A DNA stretch of 64,000 bases from Octopus vulgaris (taxonomy: Eukaryota). Made by a program: the position numbers and the translations under genes. Below are positions 14,242 to 29,126 of this stretch, piece by piece. Below the pieces are notes generated by a model. It was not told the DNA's origin and made no database searches. It worked only from the letters and a program-made list of their open reading frames with translations. The stretch is taken from positions 147,684,001 to 147,748,000 of the forward strand of contig OX597815.1 of NCBI GenBank assembly GCA_951406725.2. Direction: 5' to 3'. Positions within the stretch are counted from its first letter, which is position 1; each line of letters opens with the position of its first letter.

Positions 14242-14269
14242 TGATGGACTCTGTCGTCGGTTTCGACGC

Positions 14270-17190
14270 ATGACGCTTCGACAACGCACTCTTTCTTTGT
14301 CAGCCATAATGCTTACGTCGAATGTGACATTTAATCCGGTCAACAAGGTGCAAAGAAGGCCACAGATTTTGCAAGTATGACCACTACAGATCAGTGCATG
14401 TGATATATTTGCAGCCCATCTTATCATTTGCTTTGCACCCAAAACCTGTTAATGCAACTTGCAACAAAGTTTATCATACCATTTTGAGACAATAATTTCC
14501 ATTTTGTTCGTTCCAATGCTACTCACTCAAAGATGATTTGAGCCATCTTCTTCTCGAAGAGATTACTCTTCAGTTTTTCCTTATATCTGAGCTATGGTCG
14601 ACCAACATTCCTGTGCTCACTCTCAAGCTGGGTGTTTGGGTATTCTTTCGCCACACATTCTGACGATGTGGCCAGCCCAGCACAATTGTGATTATATGTG
14701 GAAGCTCTCAATTTCACCAATATTACGCTTGCTAAACAAGTCGGCTTTTAGAGACTTTGTCTGTTAGTGAATAATCGTAGCTTGCTTTCAGGCAGTCTTT
14801 GTGGAAAATGACTAGTTGGTTAACGAGTCGACTATAGGGTATCCACAATTCTGAGCTATACAAGATAGGAGTCAAGTTTGATGCTCTTTCATTCTATGGG
14901 CGATTATGGAGTTTTCCAAATGCATTGGTTGCCTTTGCAAGATGGTGGACGATTTCATCACCAGGGAAGCACTCAAATTCACTTTATTTCTAAGATATGT
15001 AAATGACTTTACAAAACGTAGGCTTTTCCCATCAACCTGTATAGGAGTGGGGGGAAAATTGTGAACCGGTAGCCTCTGATTGACGCCTCGAAGCTGTTTA
15101 GGAGTAAGGCAAATTTGGTTGATTACTTTCGTCTTCTTTATGCTGATGGTCAAACCAAAGGCTTTACATGCAGCAGAAAAACTGGTCCAGAAGTTCCTGA
15201 GCTTCCTCTACGGAGGTCGCTACTAGTGCAGCATCATCTGTAAAAAGCAGATTACGAATGATATTGGTCTTTGTATGTCAACAAAAGCATACCTCTGCAT
15301 CACTGACAAGAAGATTGCAAATAAAATAAGGGCCATAACACAACCTTGCTTCGTGTCGCTTGTATCGTCGAAGGAAGCCGAATATTCCCCACTGGACAAG
15401 CCAGCAACCTTCATTCCCACATGAAAAGAGATGATAACATTCAACATATTGTCCGGTATACTAAGGTTGTTCAGAACTTTCCATATTGCTTGCTGGTTAA
15501 CAGCGTCGAAGTCTTTAGTACGGTCAGCGAATATGAATAACAACTGTTGATTTTTCTCATGTACCTTTTCCATGACCATTCTGAGGTAAAAGATAATTTC
15601 GATAGTGCAACAACCATAGCGAAATCCGCACTGAGATTCTGGATAGATATAATTTACAAAGTGTTTGATGATTTTGTCAAGAATGAGTCGAGCAAGGATC
15701 TAACCAGCAATAGACAGAAGCGACATTCCACGATAATTATCACAGACACTTCTGTCGCCTTTTTTCTTATACAGATGTTGAATTGAGGTATCCTTGAAGT
15801 CCTGTGGTACACAGCCTACCTTTCAAATGTTTATGAAGAGATCATGCAGTTTCTTAAATTGCTTCTGCCCACTATGTCTGTAGATTTCAGAAGGGATAGC
15901 ATCACTGCAAGGTAATTTACCAGAAGAAATCTGCTTAATAAAGTTTACCACTTCCAGGAAGGTCGGCTCCAGAGATAGTTCCGATATTTCAGTATGCTGT
16001 TAAACTGACATTATGTCGCAATCATTAGTGAATGAAGGGCTTCAAAATGATCATTATGTTAGATTTGTCAGTCAGCAGTGTCGTTCTATTCGATGACAAA
16101 TAGCAGTAACAACGTGCACTTCAGGACAATACACTTTCTCCAAGCCATCATAAAAGGCTTTAGAATCATTTCTGTTTCCAATTTCTTGGTGTTTAGAAGC
16201 CCTGAAAGACCACCAAGCCTCCATCACCTGTTTCAGAGCATGTTGTACTTGGCCTCTGCATTTCTTGTAGGCATTCTCTTTTAAGGATGAACTCTTATAA
16301 TTTATCCATCTTTTGGAATAGCTGTGCATTTTATCTATCAACTGTTGAACATCTGCTTTGTTATCGTTGAACCAATCTGGAATTTTACAAGCAGGAAGTC
16401 CAAGGACCCCTACAGATGCAGAGTGCGTTCCATCATGCAGAAACTTCCTAAATCCTTCTATGTCATCACTGATATCAACAGTGTCGAGTGTAGTATACTA
16501 GTTTGATAGAAAGCTCAGCCTGATTTTCAGTAGTTTTCAAGGACAGAACATTAATGCGCTTAAGAACTGACGAATTTTGTAATTTTCTGTTTCAGATGGA
16601 ACGTAGCCTTACTACGGAGAAGAGAATGGTCGGAGAAACTGAAGATGTTATGAAAGGAACGTGTCATATTAAAGTCCATAATATCTCGATTTTTAGTAAT
16701 AACATAATCTCTGAGATGTCAATTCTTAGATCTAGGATGCACCAAGGTCGTCTTGCAAGAATTTCGCTTTTGAAAAAAAGGTATTTGTTATGCTTAGACT
16801 GCATTCCATGCAGATGGAGAGCATACTATGGCGACCAAGTCCTCCCCATGCCTGATAGTCAGTACCAACACGCGTGTTAAAATCACTCATAAGAATTAGT
16901 TTACTCCTATAGTGAGGACCGGAGATGACATCACGGAGCTGGTTGTAAAATTTTTCCTTTTCCTGCTCAGTGCTGGTCACGGTTGGAGCATAGCAACTGA
17001 CAACCGTAGCACAAGTGTTGTGATCAAGTTCCAGTGTTAGTGTCATGATGCGATCAGAGATACATTCGAGTAGAGAAAGGATGGATCTAGCTATTTCTGT
17101 TTTGATAGCAAAACCATCACCAGTGTGGTGTGGCTCTTCTTCATTTCTTCCACACCAGAAACATATGTATCCACCTTTACTATTCATGTA
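14270..17190 (-). pseudogene. Decayed RTE-clade LINE (APE endonuclease + RT)
   Basis: ORF fragments GYICFWCG..TGDGFAIK, SDRIMTL, VSCYAPT, EKFY (APE); FADRTKDFDAVN, KQGCVMALILF (RT); C-terminal CKIC knuckle; many stops. Confidence 0.85.
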
Positions 17191-17836
17191 GCTGCGATGC
17201 TCCCAACAGTATAACTATTTTTGGAGAGATTTGACTTTCAAAGTAGTAGGTCAAGGAACCACATTAAATCTCAATCGATGGTTCGATTTCTCACCTATTT
17301 CACCGCTGTTAATTACTTAATCAATATATAATTGTTAAACAGTCACAACGCATATCTAGTGCATTATAACTAATTTCCTTAAGATTGAATGTAATCCATT
17401 TACCTGAACGCAGCAAATTTAAGCATCCTGTACCATATACCTGCTATCAAGCACAACACAATGGGCTGCACATCATGAAAATATGCTTGTTATCATACGC
17501 AATGTGCTTATATTTCGAGATGTGACATGCATGAATTCTCTCGGTATACTGGACAATGGTGGTCATTGGTGGCGAATAGCTTTAATCTACATTTACATTT
17601 ATTTTGATTTTAATGGATAATTTTCACATCGAGAGTGTTTATATTGGTAACATTATTGTTGATATATTCAGATGTATGCAGATTAATCTAAGTCTCAATA
17701 AATGACTCTACTGATATAATATAATCCAAGCTGAATAAATCCCTCCGTCTCAAGTATAAGGAAAGTAGCTTGATGTATATGACAGATGTATTAGTATTTG
17801 ACGTGACGTCAATGGATAATATATACATATATATAA

Positions 17837-17907
<71 letters not shown>

Positions 17908-18003
17908 CATATATATATATATATACATATATATATACATATATTTACACATATGTATATATATTTATATACATATATATGTATATATATATAAATGTGT
18001 GTG

Positions 18004-18047
<44 letters not shown>

Positions 18048-18873
18048 TACACACACAAACAAACACACACGCATATATATATATATTTAATGACTCCAGC
18101 TCTGAACGGCGTGTATAAGTTTGTCTGATACTCTCTTTTTGTAGCTGCATGTGTTGCTTGAAAGTTAATATGAAAGATGTACTTCTGATACCTCCCTTTG
18201 TTATAAAAAAGCACTGAGTAACAAGGGAAATCATGTAACAATGTAATATTATGGACGCGTATTTTAGCAAGAACTTTTTTCAAATATATATTTACATATA
18301 CACACACACACATACATTGCTATATATATGTAGGTGTAAATGTGTATGTATATATGTATGTATATGTATATATATATATATATATCTTTTAAGAACTTAG
18401 CCGCCATATATATTAATCTCTGTCTCCATATATATATATATATATATATATATCCACATGTGCATACACTCGTATATAAATATCATACATATACAAATAT
18501 GTATTCGTGTTGATGTTACATCTCATATTCTGAAATCCCAAGTTATGTTTAAAATACCGTTCGAAATAAAAGTAATTTTTTATGTTATTTTATATGTCCT
18601 TCTAACAGTAATCAAGAAGTGTCACACAACTTACGAAAATACTTGATGGTTTTCTTTCTACTTAATATTACTTCATAAATTACCGAATGTTCGAAATATT
18701 TTTCGAGAAAAAACTAATTCACTTCGATGTTTGAATTTAATTATCTTACGTTATTTGGCTGCGTATTGGCATATACGGTCGGCAAATACAAATTTTCCAT
18801 GTCCTCTGACTTGCATTCCACCGAAGTGAGTTTTATCGTGTATTCATTCAATGTCATTGTATTAAGTATACAA

Positions 18874-18932
<59 letters not shown>

Positions 18933-19399
18933 ACTGGGTCGTTATTCTGACTTCATCCCGATCTACTTATTCCTGCCTTTACATCTCTAGGTTCAAGAAT
19001 AATTTAAGTTCCTGTTTATGAAAGAATAGGAGTATCATTTGTTGTTTAATTTTCTTCAAGGGTATCGATAGCTTATCAGAAAGTAAAATCTAGCCATAGG
19101 CATATGAATAATTTGCAGATTGGAAACATCGATGGACAGACCAATACACAACACAGTATGCCTCAATGTAGTATAGAAATCGAAGACCAGTTGATCAAAG
19201 AAGTTTTAACTTTCACAAAGAAGTCAACTAAAATTTAGATTTAATGGAAGAAATTAAATGAGGTACATGGAACGAATCCCTTAACTTCAATTTTATCAAT
19301 AATGTGAAGTGGGAATTGAAGGCTACTGTAGTAGCCGTACTAGCCTCTAATCATGTGGAAAGGTGAGTTTCACAATACTGACGATATGTCATACTCTTC

Positions 19400-20390
19400 C
19401 TTTCAGAAAACATCTGCTGAAGTCATATGGATTTGAAGCCACCGTTTGCGATTAACTGAATGTTCTTCACAAAGGCTACCATAAATTATATGACCAGGAA
19501 TATTTATGTAATTTATACACTGTATACGGCCAGAGATGTTCATTCCATGTGCAATGTTTTTGGTTCGTACAATAAAAAATATGCAAATTTGTTGTTTTTC
19601 TGATTAAAAAGTTAATAATTACTCCCCTTGAATAAGACTGCAGCAATGGCAACACAATTCTATGCTGTTGTATTTAGTTTTCGTTTCAGAAACCTCAGTC
19701 AAAAACTCTTTCAAAAATGAAAAAAGGAAAACTTGTATTAATCTCTATAACCTCGTTACTAACCAAGTTGTATTGAGATGATGCCTCGGATATAGCTGAT
19801 AATTCCTTGCACTAAAGTTGAGATCTCGATAGCGATACTGAAATCAAGAAATGCATTTTCCTGGATTTTCAGCTTAGAAAGAAAACTATAATGAATTTGT
19901 AGAGAATGCTAGCTGCATATTATTTCTCCTAATATACATGTGTTGATGAGATTGTATTGTCGTTATGCTGACGTAATATTTATTATTCTCTATAAAGTTT
20001 GACTGGGCAGCTGAAATATCTCCATAGAAACCATATCATAGCTCCATGAGCAGAAATTAGTTTTTTCTTACTTCGTAAAGCATAGCTGCCAGAAATAGGA
20101 AAAAAAAAAAAAAAAGTTGGAGCAAATGACGAAGTGAGTTTGCACCTGCAGCTCGTTGAAGATTGTTTGGATTGGTTCCTTACAGAAGAATTAATTAATA
20201 CAAAAGTGTTAAGTTGTTGCATTTCGAGGAGCGCTGCATTTGGACAGTGACAGGTAATCCATAATGCAACAGTTGGAACAATGTCACTATCCTTTGCTTT
20301 AGTAAATTTTAAGCAAATCAAAGAAGATACAATAACTAGAAATGAACATGTATGCCAGGATTGGACGGTAATTGAAATTATAAAATACAA
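19400..20390 (+). pseudogene. Possible highly decayed MULE/Mutator transposase remnant
   Basis: Broken-frame motifs NLYTVYG / FIPCAMFL / EIKKCIF..RKK / TRNEHVCQDW loosely follow MULE QLYTIHG..PC.F.L..I.GC.FH..RTNN.CE.W. Confidence 0.3.
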
Positions 20391-22368
20391 TGATATAGTT
20401 CGGACACAAAAACAAGCTTCTCTTTCTTATTTCAGATCTAAATGTTTCCGTTCGAAATATTTAAAGGCGTATGTAGATAAACGGACACGGACACGCACAC
20501 ACACGCATACATACACACATGCAAATATATACATGTATACATACTTCTATGTGTGTTCTTGTGTGTACCTGCGAAAATAGTGATGAGGATAATGTTATCA
20601 TCTAATACCATTCATGTTTGCCTGTACGGCAATTTGCCAGGCGTGGGATACAAACCATTTGCCCAATCGTTTCAACAATTAACCACAGAAAAATAAAGTA
20701 AGCCGTGTTTAGTAATCGATTAGGAGGTGTTTTAATTTACAAGTTTAAACACCTGTGTTATCTATATATATCTACAAAGCTCAGAGTTCTGATGCGTCAC
20801 GAACCGTCGTCGCTTTGCGATCCTTCAGGGTTCCCAGTATTTCTCGATTGTTGATACATAGATACAAGAACATTGCATAGCAAACACAGTCTGGATTGAA
20901 AAAATGACAGACTCTGCAAACTTAATCCGTTCACTTATGCTTAACCTGAAACGTACAGAATTTCAGAAATAAATAAATGTTATATTATTTATTAGAATTG
21001 CTGAAAATAATATATTGCACGAAGTGATTATTTATGATTTTCGTCTACAGTGTATTCTCTCTAATAGTACATATAACCTCTCATACTTAAAGTTGTTGGG
21101 AAAATTAGTTGTATTCTTTATAGTAAGACATAAACGCAGAGAAGTTTCTGTGGTTAAGAAGATTGCACGACATTCATATGGTTCCTGCTTCAGTCACACA
21201 TAATCCGAGAGCGACAACGCATTGTGAGAGAATTTCGTGAGCGGAAACATTGTCGGTGCCCATCGTATGTATGTATGAATGTATTATGTATGTATATATG
21301 TACATATATATATATACATATATATATAAACATATATATACATATATGTATGTATATGCATGTATAGGTATATATATATATCAATGGTGGTGTCTCAGCA
21401 TAGCAGCAGCCTATAAGGCTGAAGCATATAAAAAAAGAATATCTATATATATAAAGTTAGATAGATTGTTAGATAGATAGAAAGACAGACAGACAGAATA
21501 TTGCTGCCGTTCAATGAGAGTTCTTAATCAGGTAGCCATACATTCACCTGCTAACAAACTTACAGTAATATAATATCGTTACGCTGAGCTATTTAGATTC
21601 ATGTATATTTAAGCAGACAGTACGAAAGCAGCGTACAAAAGATGATGTGCAGTCTGAACCTGAGTAATATATTTCGAAATATCATCTTGAATATTCGAAG
21701 TATAATCATATATAGGATATATTCATCGAGTTTAAACGGAAATTCTATTTACATACTAAATGTACTTTTTGCAATATAAATTAATCGTTTCTAGTAGGCT
21801 TCATGCAAATGTAGGCCAATTATTGTATATATATATATTCATAGATATCACACAGCTAGTGGCCAACTAAACTACAGCGTTTAATAAGTAGAATATCCAG
21901 CTCTAACATTCGAATACCTAATGAGAATAATAATCCTATCCATCAATGTCCTTGTAAGGTTGCAGTTCACATGTAGTTCAACTACAAGGAGACATATACG
22001 TTCTTCAATAGGTCAACTCCTACTGCCACTCACGTTCTGCGATCTACTACCTATAAGAGAAAGCATAATAGAAAAATTCATTTATTTTTTGCATAAATTT
22101 ACATATTACATTGGGTAAGTATGATTAAAATTTCAGCTTGAAATCACATGATTAAACATTTGACTTGAAAGAAATTCACCAATTTAATTAAATGCAGTAA
22201 CGATATATTAAATGTCAGAGTTTCATAGCGTGGACTTATAATTAATATGAATTTCTTGAAAATGAGAAATATTAAATAAACGCAATGTATATTGCTACTA
22301 CAATTTAGATAGAAGGCATCAGCACTACACAATAACATAAAGACAACTCTTATATATATATACATATA

Positions 22369-22770
22369 GGCGTAGAAGTGGCTGTGTGGTAAGTCGTTTG
22401 CTTACCAACCACATGGTTCCGGGTTCATTCCTACTGCGTGGCAACTTGGGCAAGTGTACTCTACTATAACCTCGGGCCGTCCAAAGACTTGTGAGTTGAT
22501 TTGGTAGACGGAAACTGAAAGAAGCCCGTCGTATATATGTATACATATATATGTATATTTCTGTTACTGTGTTTGCCCCCTAAACATCGCTTGACAACAG
22601 ATGCTGGTGTATTTACATCCCTGTAACTTAGCGACTCAGCAAGAAAGACCGATGGAATAAGTACTAGGCATCCAAAGAATAAGCCCCGGGGCCGATGTGA
22701 CGACTAAAGGCGGTGCTCCAGCATGGCCACTGCAAAATGACTGAATCAAGGAAAAGTGTAAAAGAGTAAA
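22369..22770 (+). mobile_element. tRNA-derived SINE family A (CORE-like, internal microsatellite)
   Basis: A box tggctgtgtggtaag, B box ggttcattcc, cttgggcaagtg core, 3' ggcggtgctccagcatggcc, gtaaaaga tail. Confidence 0.9.
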
Positions 22771-22782
22771 ACAATATATATT

Positions 22783-22941
22783 GGAGTGGATGTGTGGTAA
22801 GTTGCTTGCTTACCAACCACATGGTTCCGGATTCAGTCCCTCTGCGTGGCACCTTGGGCAAGTGTCTTCTACTATCGCATCGGGCCCAACAAAGCCTTGA
22901 GAGTGGAATTGGTAGAAGGAAACTGAAAGAAGCCCGTCGTA

Positions 22942-22974
<33 letters not shown>

Positions 22975-23195
22975 TTGCGTGCGTGTTTGTGTGTCTATGT
23001 TTGTCCCCCTAGCATTGCTTGACAACCGATGCTGGTGTGTTTATGTCCCCGTCACTTAGCGGTTCGGCTAAATTGACCGATAGAATAAGTACTGGGCTTA
23101 CAAAGAATAAGTCCCGGGGTCGATTTGCTCGATTACAGGTGGTGCTCCAGCATGGCCGCAGTCAAATAACTGAAACAAGTAAAAGAGTAAAATAG
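22783..23195 (+). mobile_element. SINE family A, tandem second copy
   Basis: Same head, core and tail as 22369-22770. Confidence 0.9.
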
Positions 23196-23197
23196 TA

Positions 23198-23314
<117 letters not shown>

Positions 23315-23400
23315 CATATATATATATATTTCAACAATTGAGGGTAAAATTAATTAGCAATTAATCTAATCAATTTCACCAAGTATTCAGTATGTAAAGG

Positions 23401-23499
<99 letters not shown>

Positions 23500-23561
23500 T
23501 TTATATATATATATATGTATATAGTGGAACCGCAAAGGATGGAACCAAACAGCGCACACGG

Positions 23562-23957
23562 GTGTGTATGTTCTACCTGAGAGGTTCCTGCTGGCATGGA
23601 AAGGAAGGTGCAGGCTGCCGCTTTGCACATCGGGGACCCTGCCACAGAGACACGAGGCAGATGGACAAACCATCAACACAAAGAAAAGGGATGGACCACG
23701 CACCACCTGCACCAAAGCGGAGGTACGCAGATGTTGTGCGCGCCACAAACAGCCAACATGATGTTGTCGAAAGAGCAGCTGCTGAGCAACAATCTTTTTT
23801 GTGCATGGCACTAAATATTGTACAGCAGCTGACCTGGCTTCATCAAACCCAAGCCCGCAGGTGGGACTACCCACTATATAACAGACCACCACAGCAAACA
23901 GACACAGGATGGACACCGCCGGCAACAACGTACACCTCACCTCGATACTCCTACTGA
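23562..23957 (+). CDS. LINE ORF1 C-terminal remnant with a CCCH-type zinc finger
   Basis: [22 protein letters not shown] (C-x7-C-x8-C-x3-H); overlaps ORF2 by 49 nt. Confidence 0.6.
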   Translation: MCMFYLRGSCWHGKEGAGCRFAHRGPCHRDTRQMDKPSTQRKGMDHAPPAPKRRYADVVRATNSQHDVVERAAAEQQSFLCMALNIVQQLTWLHQTQARRWDYPLYNRPPQQTDTGWTPPATTYTSPRYSY

Positions 23958-26905
23958 ACATCAGAGGACTGCAAACACTCAGTAACAGGACAAAGATCCC
24001 GTTCCTGAGAGACTTTGTTGCATGCAATCAAGCCATATGCATAGCACTTACAGAAACGCACCTGAAACCGGACATAGCAGATGCGGAGTTACACATACCA
24101 CAGTATGCTGTACTACGGACCGACAGGAAAGAAAGGAGTCATGGAGGTGTTGCTATGTACATCCGTGAGGACCTCACACCCCAGGTCCTCTTGTCATACT
24201 CAAACTCGGTGTGTGACACACTAATTGTACATATTAGGCAACTTGATGTAGTTGTGTGTGCTACATATCGCCCTCCAGATGCCCCAAGCCATGTGGGCAA
24301 GATTGAAGACTGCCTTATAAAAATAGAAGAAATTCTAACCACATTAGAACAACACATAGGTGTGCTTCTTATGGGAGACTTCAATCTGCCCAATGTCAGA
24401 TGGCCCGAGGGCCTTTCTCTCCCAGGAATGACAAGATGTGAACGAGGACAGGCGAGGTCCCTCCTGAACGTCAACAACACCCTGTACATGGAGCAGGTAA
24501 TACTCCAACCAACCAGGGCAGGTAACACACTGGATCCCTGCTTCACAAATGACATGGATCTCATCCATAACGTGAAAGTGACACCGACACTACTCTCGGA
24601 TCACAACATGATAGAGCTGACCATGTACGGGCCAAAAGAGAGCACGGACATGCAGCCTACAAGAAACCCTCAAAATCTTTCCAGCTTGAACTACCATAAG
24701 GCAAACTGGAAACAAATTGAGAAAGAGATCCTCAAACAAAACTGGCCTAAATGTCTCTCCTCGCCAGACATCGACGTGAAACTTCAACAATTCATGTCTG
24801 TAATGCAAGCCATATGCTACAAATGTGTCCCAGAGAGAAAGGCCACTGTACACAAGAACAAAATCCCCAGAGAGAGGAAAATTTTAATGAGACGGCGTAC
24901 GAAATTTTCAAATCGCCTAAACAAACAGATTGAAAGCAGTGAAAAGTCCCGCCTAAAAATAAAACTGTTGGAAATCGAAAAATGTCTGCAACTCTCCCAT
25001 GAAAAAGAAAGAGCAGACAAAGAAGCCTGGGCTATAGAAAACATAAAATCTAACCCCAGAGCTTTCTACAGGTATGCCAAAGAAACAGCTACAGTGCACT
25101 GTAGAATAGGGCCACTCCTCGAAAAGGATGGCACACTTACAGGAAAACCAATGAGGGTAAGTGAAATACTGAATGAGCAATTCAAGAGTGTTTTCACTCC
25201 ACCCCTTGGGCATCTCCAAATCACCAATCCAACTGACTTTTTTACCACTGCAGATATAAAATCAGAGGCGGCGACGATAGATTACATCGATATAAAGGAA
25301 GACGATGTAACGAAGGCTATAGATGAAATGAAAACAGACTCAGCTACTGGCCCCGATGGATTCCCGGCAATCCTCCTAAAAGCATGTAAGAGAGTCCTAG
25401 CAAGACCACTGCAGTTCCTCTTTCAGAGCTTCCTTGCAGCTGGCAAACTTCCAGGAAAACTGAAGGAAGGTAAAATATGCCCCATTCATAAAGGAGGTAG
25501 CAGAGCGGAAGCCAAGAACTATAGACCTATCTCTCTGACCTCACACATCAGCAAGGTCATGGAACGAATAGTCAGAAGGAAGCTGATCACCTTCCTTGAA
25601 GAGAATGACTTGCTGCCCGACACCCAACATGGTTTCCGACCAGGGAGAAGCTGTTTAACTCAGCTCCTACAACACTATGACTGGGTGCTGAAACGGCTGC
25701 TCAACCACTCAAATGTGGAAGTGATATATCTCGACTTTGCAAAGGCCTTTGATAAAGTCGATCATGGAATGATATGTCACAAACTGCGTGATCTCAACAT
25801 AGTTGGAAAACTGGGAGAATGGCTTCATGACTTTCTGAAGGATAGAAGTCAGGTGGTAGTAGCCAATGGGGCCACCTCCATTAACACACAAATAGTGAGC
25901 GGTGTTCCGCAGGGCACTGTTCTGGGACCACTACTGTTCATAATGGCCCTCTCAGACATGCCCTCAGCCACGCAGAGAGCCACGATCACAAGTTATGCAG
26001 ATGATACAAAAGTTTCACAGGCAATACAGAACCCTGAGGACACTAAACACCTGCAATGTGAGCTGGACGAAATATACAAGTGGGCTGAAAAGAATAGCAT
26101 GCAGTTCAATGCTGGAAAGTTTCAAGCTTTATACTATCAGCATGCAAAACTGAATGCAATACCCAATGAATACACTGGACCCGGAGGGATTGCAATCCCA
26201 GAGGCACAATCAGTGCGTGACCTGGGTATTCACATGAGTGATGACGCGACCTTTCATGTACATGTTGCTAAACTGACAATGAAATGTAGACGGCTGGCTG
26301 GATGGATTCTTAGAACCTTTAGAACAAGAGAACAAGAAACCATGATGGTCCTCTGGAAGACACTTGTCCTAAGCCACTTTGACTATTGCTCTCAGCTATG
26401 GTCACCATCCAGTGTCAAGTTGATCACAGAACTTGAGGCGATCCAACGAAGCTACACAAAGAAGATAGCCTCTATGCAGAATGTAAGCTACTGGGAAAGA
26501 CTCAAGAGATTAAAATTATATTCCCTGGAGCGTAGGCGGGAAATATATGCCATAATATACATCTGGAAGATCCTGGAGGGAAGTGTCCTGAACTTTGGCA
26601 TCGAGAGTTACGCAAATGCCAGAACTGGGCGCCACTGCGTGGTGCCTAGGACTCCAAACCTGCCATCAAGATGTAGGACAAGATACTGTGATAGCCTGGG
26701 CTTCCGAGGCCCACAGCTCTTCAATATCCTCCCGAAGAACCTGAGAGACCTGCATGGGATGGATACAGATGTCTTTAAAATGAAGCTGGATCTCCTCCTG
26801 TCAGGTGTCCCAGATGAACCAACTTCACGGCAGGAGGGGCAGATGAGGGCAGCTGCATCGAACTCTCTCATGCACCAAATATCAGCTGCTAGAAAGCCTC
26901 CATGA
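23909..26905 (+). CDS. LINE ORF2: AP endonuclease + reverse transcriptase, uninterrupted 998 aa
   Basis: APE motifs LNIRGL, LTETHL, YRPP, GDFN, SDH; RT motifs [37 protein letters not shown]; CR1-type C-terminus [16 protein letters not shown]. Confidence 0.97.
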   Translation: MDTAGNNVHLTSILLLNIRGLQTLSNRTKIPFLRDFVACNQAICIALTETHLKPDIADAELHIPQYAVLRTDRKERSHGGVAMYIREDLTPQVLLSYSNSVCDTLIVHIRQLDVVVCATYRPPDAPSHVGKIEDCLIKIEEILTTLEQHIGVLLMGDFNLPNVRWPEGLSLPGMTRCERGQARSLLNVNNTLYMEQVILQPTRAGNTLDPCFTNDMDLIHNVKVTPTLLSDHNMIELTMYGPKESTDMQPTRNPQNLSSLNYHKANWKQIEKEILKQNWPKCLSSPDIDVKLQQFMSVMQAICYKCVPERKATVHKNKIPRERKILMRRRTKFSNRLNKQIESSEKSRLKIKLLEIEKCLQLSHEKERADKEAWAIENIKSNPRAFYRYAKETATVHCRIGPLLEKDGTLTGKPMRVSEILNEQFKSVFTPPLGHLQITNPTDFFTTADIKSEAATIDYIDIKEDDVTKAIDEMKTDSATGPDGFPAILLKACKRVLARPLQFLFQSFLAAGKLPGKLKEGKICPIHKGGSRAEAKNYRPISLTSHISKVMERIVRRKLITFLEENDLLPDTQHGFRPGRSCLTQLLQHYDWVLKRLLNHSNVEVIYLDFAKAFDKVDHGMICHKLRDLNIVGKLGEWLHDFLKDRSQVVVANGATSINTQIVSGVPQGTVLGPLLFIMALSDMPSATQRATITSYADDTKVSQAIQNPEDTKHLQCELDEIYKWAEKNSMQFNAGKFQALYYQHAKLNAIPNEYTGPGGIAIPEAQSVRDLGIHMSDDATFHVHVAKLTMKCRRLAGWILRTFRTREQETMMVLWKTLVLSHFDYCSQLWSPSSVKLITELEAIQRSYTKKIASMQNVSYWERLKRLKLYSLERRREIYAIIYIWKILEGSVLNFGIESYANARTGRHCVVPRTPNLPSRCRTRYCDSLGFRGPQLFNILPKNLRDLHGMDTDVFKMKLDLLLSGVPDEPTSRQEGQMRAAASNSLMHQISAARKPP

Positions 26906-27183
26906 AGTGAAACCAAGTAGCAACAAAAAATGGCGGTGCCCCAGCATGGCCACAGCTCATAAGCTGAAACTAGAATCAATCAATCAATCAATCAATCATA
27001 TGTATGTATTGTGTGTGCGTCTTTATGGGTAACGTTTGTGTGTGAGCGTGTGTGTATGTTTGTAAAAACTTATTTTATAAGGGTCCATTCTATTATGTAC
27101 CCACAGTCACATCCACGCACAGGAAAATCGTATTTATGCTCCCATATTTACATATATTTAAATAAAATATATATGCTTGCTTC

Positions 27184-27237
<54 letters not shown>

Positions 27238-27320
27238 GGTCCCGGGTTGATTCGGGGTTAACCACAGTAAATAAGGTACTCAATACATAGCAGAGTAAAA
27301 TTAATTTATTATATAGAAGG

Positions 27321-27371
27321 AGCTTCTACAGGACTAGAACTGTTTCATTCAAGAGAAATCTTCAGGAAGCT
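27321..27371 (-). ncRNA. Type I hammerhead ribozyme
   Basis: Reverse complement of 29390-29440. Confidence 0.8.
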
Positions 27372-27641
27372 AGTTAACAAGAATTGTATTGGCATTTATA
27401 CATTTAGGCAGGTTTATAGGGGTGGTGGTGGGGGACTTTTTGGGGGTAGGCATAGTGCAAAAAAATCATACTTGGGGGAGTGGTCAAGGTGTCAGTGGTA
27501 AATTAGATAGAAGAATAAATAAAAGAATAAAAAAATAAAAAAATATAAAAATATATAGAAGAATAGAGTTTTAGGTAAATAAGGAAATTCTCAATACACA
27601 CACATATACATACACACATACATACACACACACCCATATAA

Positions 27642-27676
<35 letters not shown>

Positions 27677-27956
27677 TATACATACATATATCTACATATA
27701 TATATATATATACATATACATATACATACATACACATATACATGCATATACATATACACACACACATGTATATATACACACACACGACCACACATACACA
27801 TACACACAAAAAAATATATACATACACACACATACACATACTCACATACACACACATATCCACATACACACATGCACACACAACACACAAGTCCCTATAT
27901 ACTCATATATACATATACACATATATGTATGCATACACACACACATATACATATAT

Positions 27957-28002
<46 letters not shown>

Positions 28003-28527
28003 GTGTACCCATTCATACACATATGGATGTATACACACACACACACATACATATATATACACATACATACATACATATGTGTACCTATTCATACCTACAC
28101 ATACACACATATATACATACAATTACAAACCCATTCCCTAATTTTAATTTTATTATCTTCATTTATTACTTTTGTTATCTTTGACCGCTGGTCACAAACA
28201 TCTTGGCTAGTCCCTTTTATCTTTCTACTTGAGCACAAACACTCACTCACGCACGCACACTCATTAGCACGCACACACACTCTCATTCGTACACTCATAC
28301 ACATACACGCACGCACGCGTTATATTCATACATACATACATCTACATACATACACGTATATACACATACATACGCGTACCTACAGATTCATGTCTACAAT
28401 CTTAGAAGACTAGTCTATACATATACACCAAATATATATACACACATACATATACACCTACATACAAATACATACATACATATATATACACTCATATATA
28501 TATATACATACACATATACACATACAC

Positions 28528-28560
<33 letters not shown>

Positions 28561-28763
28561 CACACATATATACATATATATACATATACATATATATATA
28601 CACACATCCGCATACATACATACATACATACACCCATACATACATACATATATACACACATATGTGTAGGTATGAATAGGTACACATATGTATGTATGTA
28701 TGTGTATATATATGTATGTGTGTGTGTGTGTATACATACATATGTGTGTATGAATGGGTACAC

Positions 28764-28813
<50 letters not shown>

Positions 28814-29037
28814 ATGTGTGTGTGTGTATGCATACATATATGTGTATATGTATATATGAGTATATAGGGACTTGTGTGTTGTGTGTGCATGTGTGTATGT
28901 GGATATGTGTGTGTATGTGAGTATGTGTATGTGTATGTATGTATATATTTTTGTGTGCGTATGTGTATGTGTGGTCGTGTGTGTGTATATATACATGTGT
29001 GTGTGTATATGTATATGCATGTATATGTGTATGTATG

Positions 29038-29076
<39 letters not shown>

Positions 29077-29095
29077 GTAGATATATGTATGTATA

Positions 29096-29126
<31 letters not shown>

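Larger units (their letters stand above)
23523..26998 (+). mobile_element. CR1/L2-group LINE, 5'-truncated in ORF1, inserted in a (TA)n tract, (AATC)n tail
   Basis: Sharp rise in GC after the TA tract; two overlapping ORFs; short 3' UTR ending in aatc repeats at 26974-26998. Confidence 0.9.

Noticed and set aside
20798-20835. gaacc-CTGAAGG-atcgc/gcga-...ggttc on the minus strand
   Set aside because: No GAAA or stem III; could be chance
22369-22440. tRNA gene-like A/B boxes
   Set aside because: These are SINE heads, not complete cloverleaf tRNAs
24139-26979. Antisense and alternative-frame ORFs within the LINE
   Set aside because: Shadows of the long GC-richer ORF2
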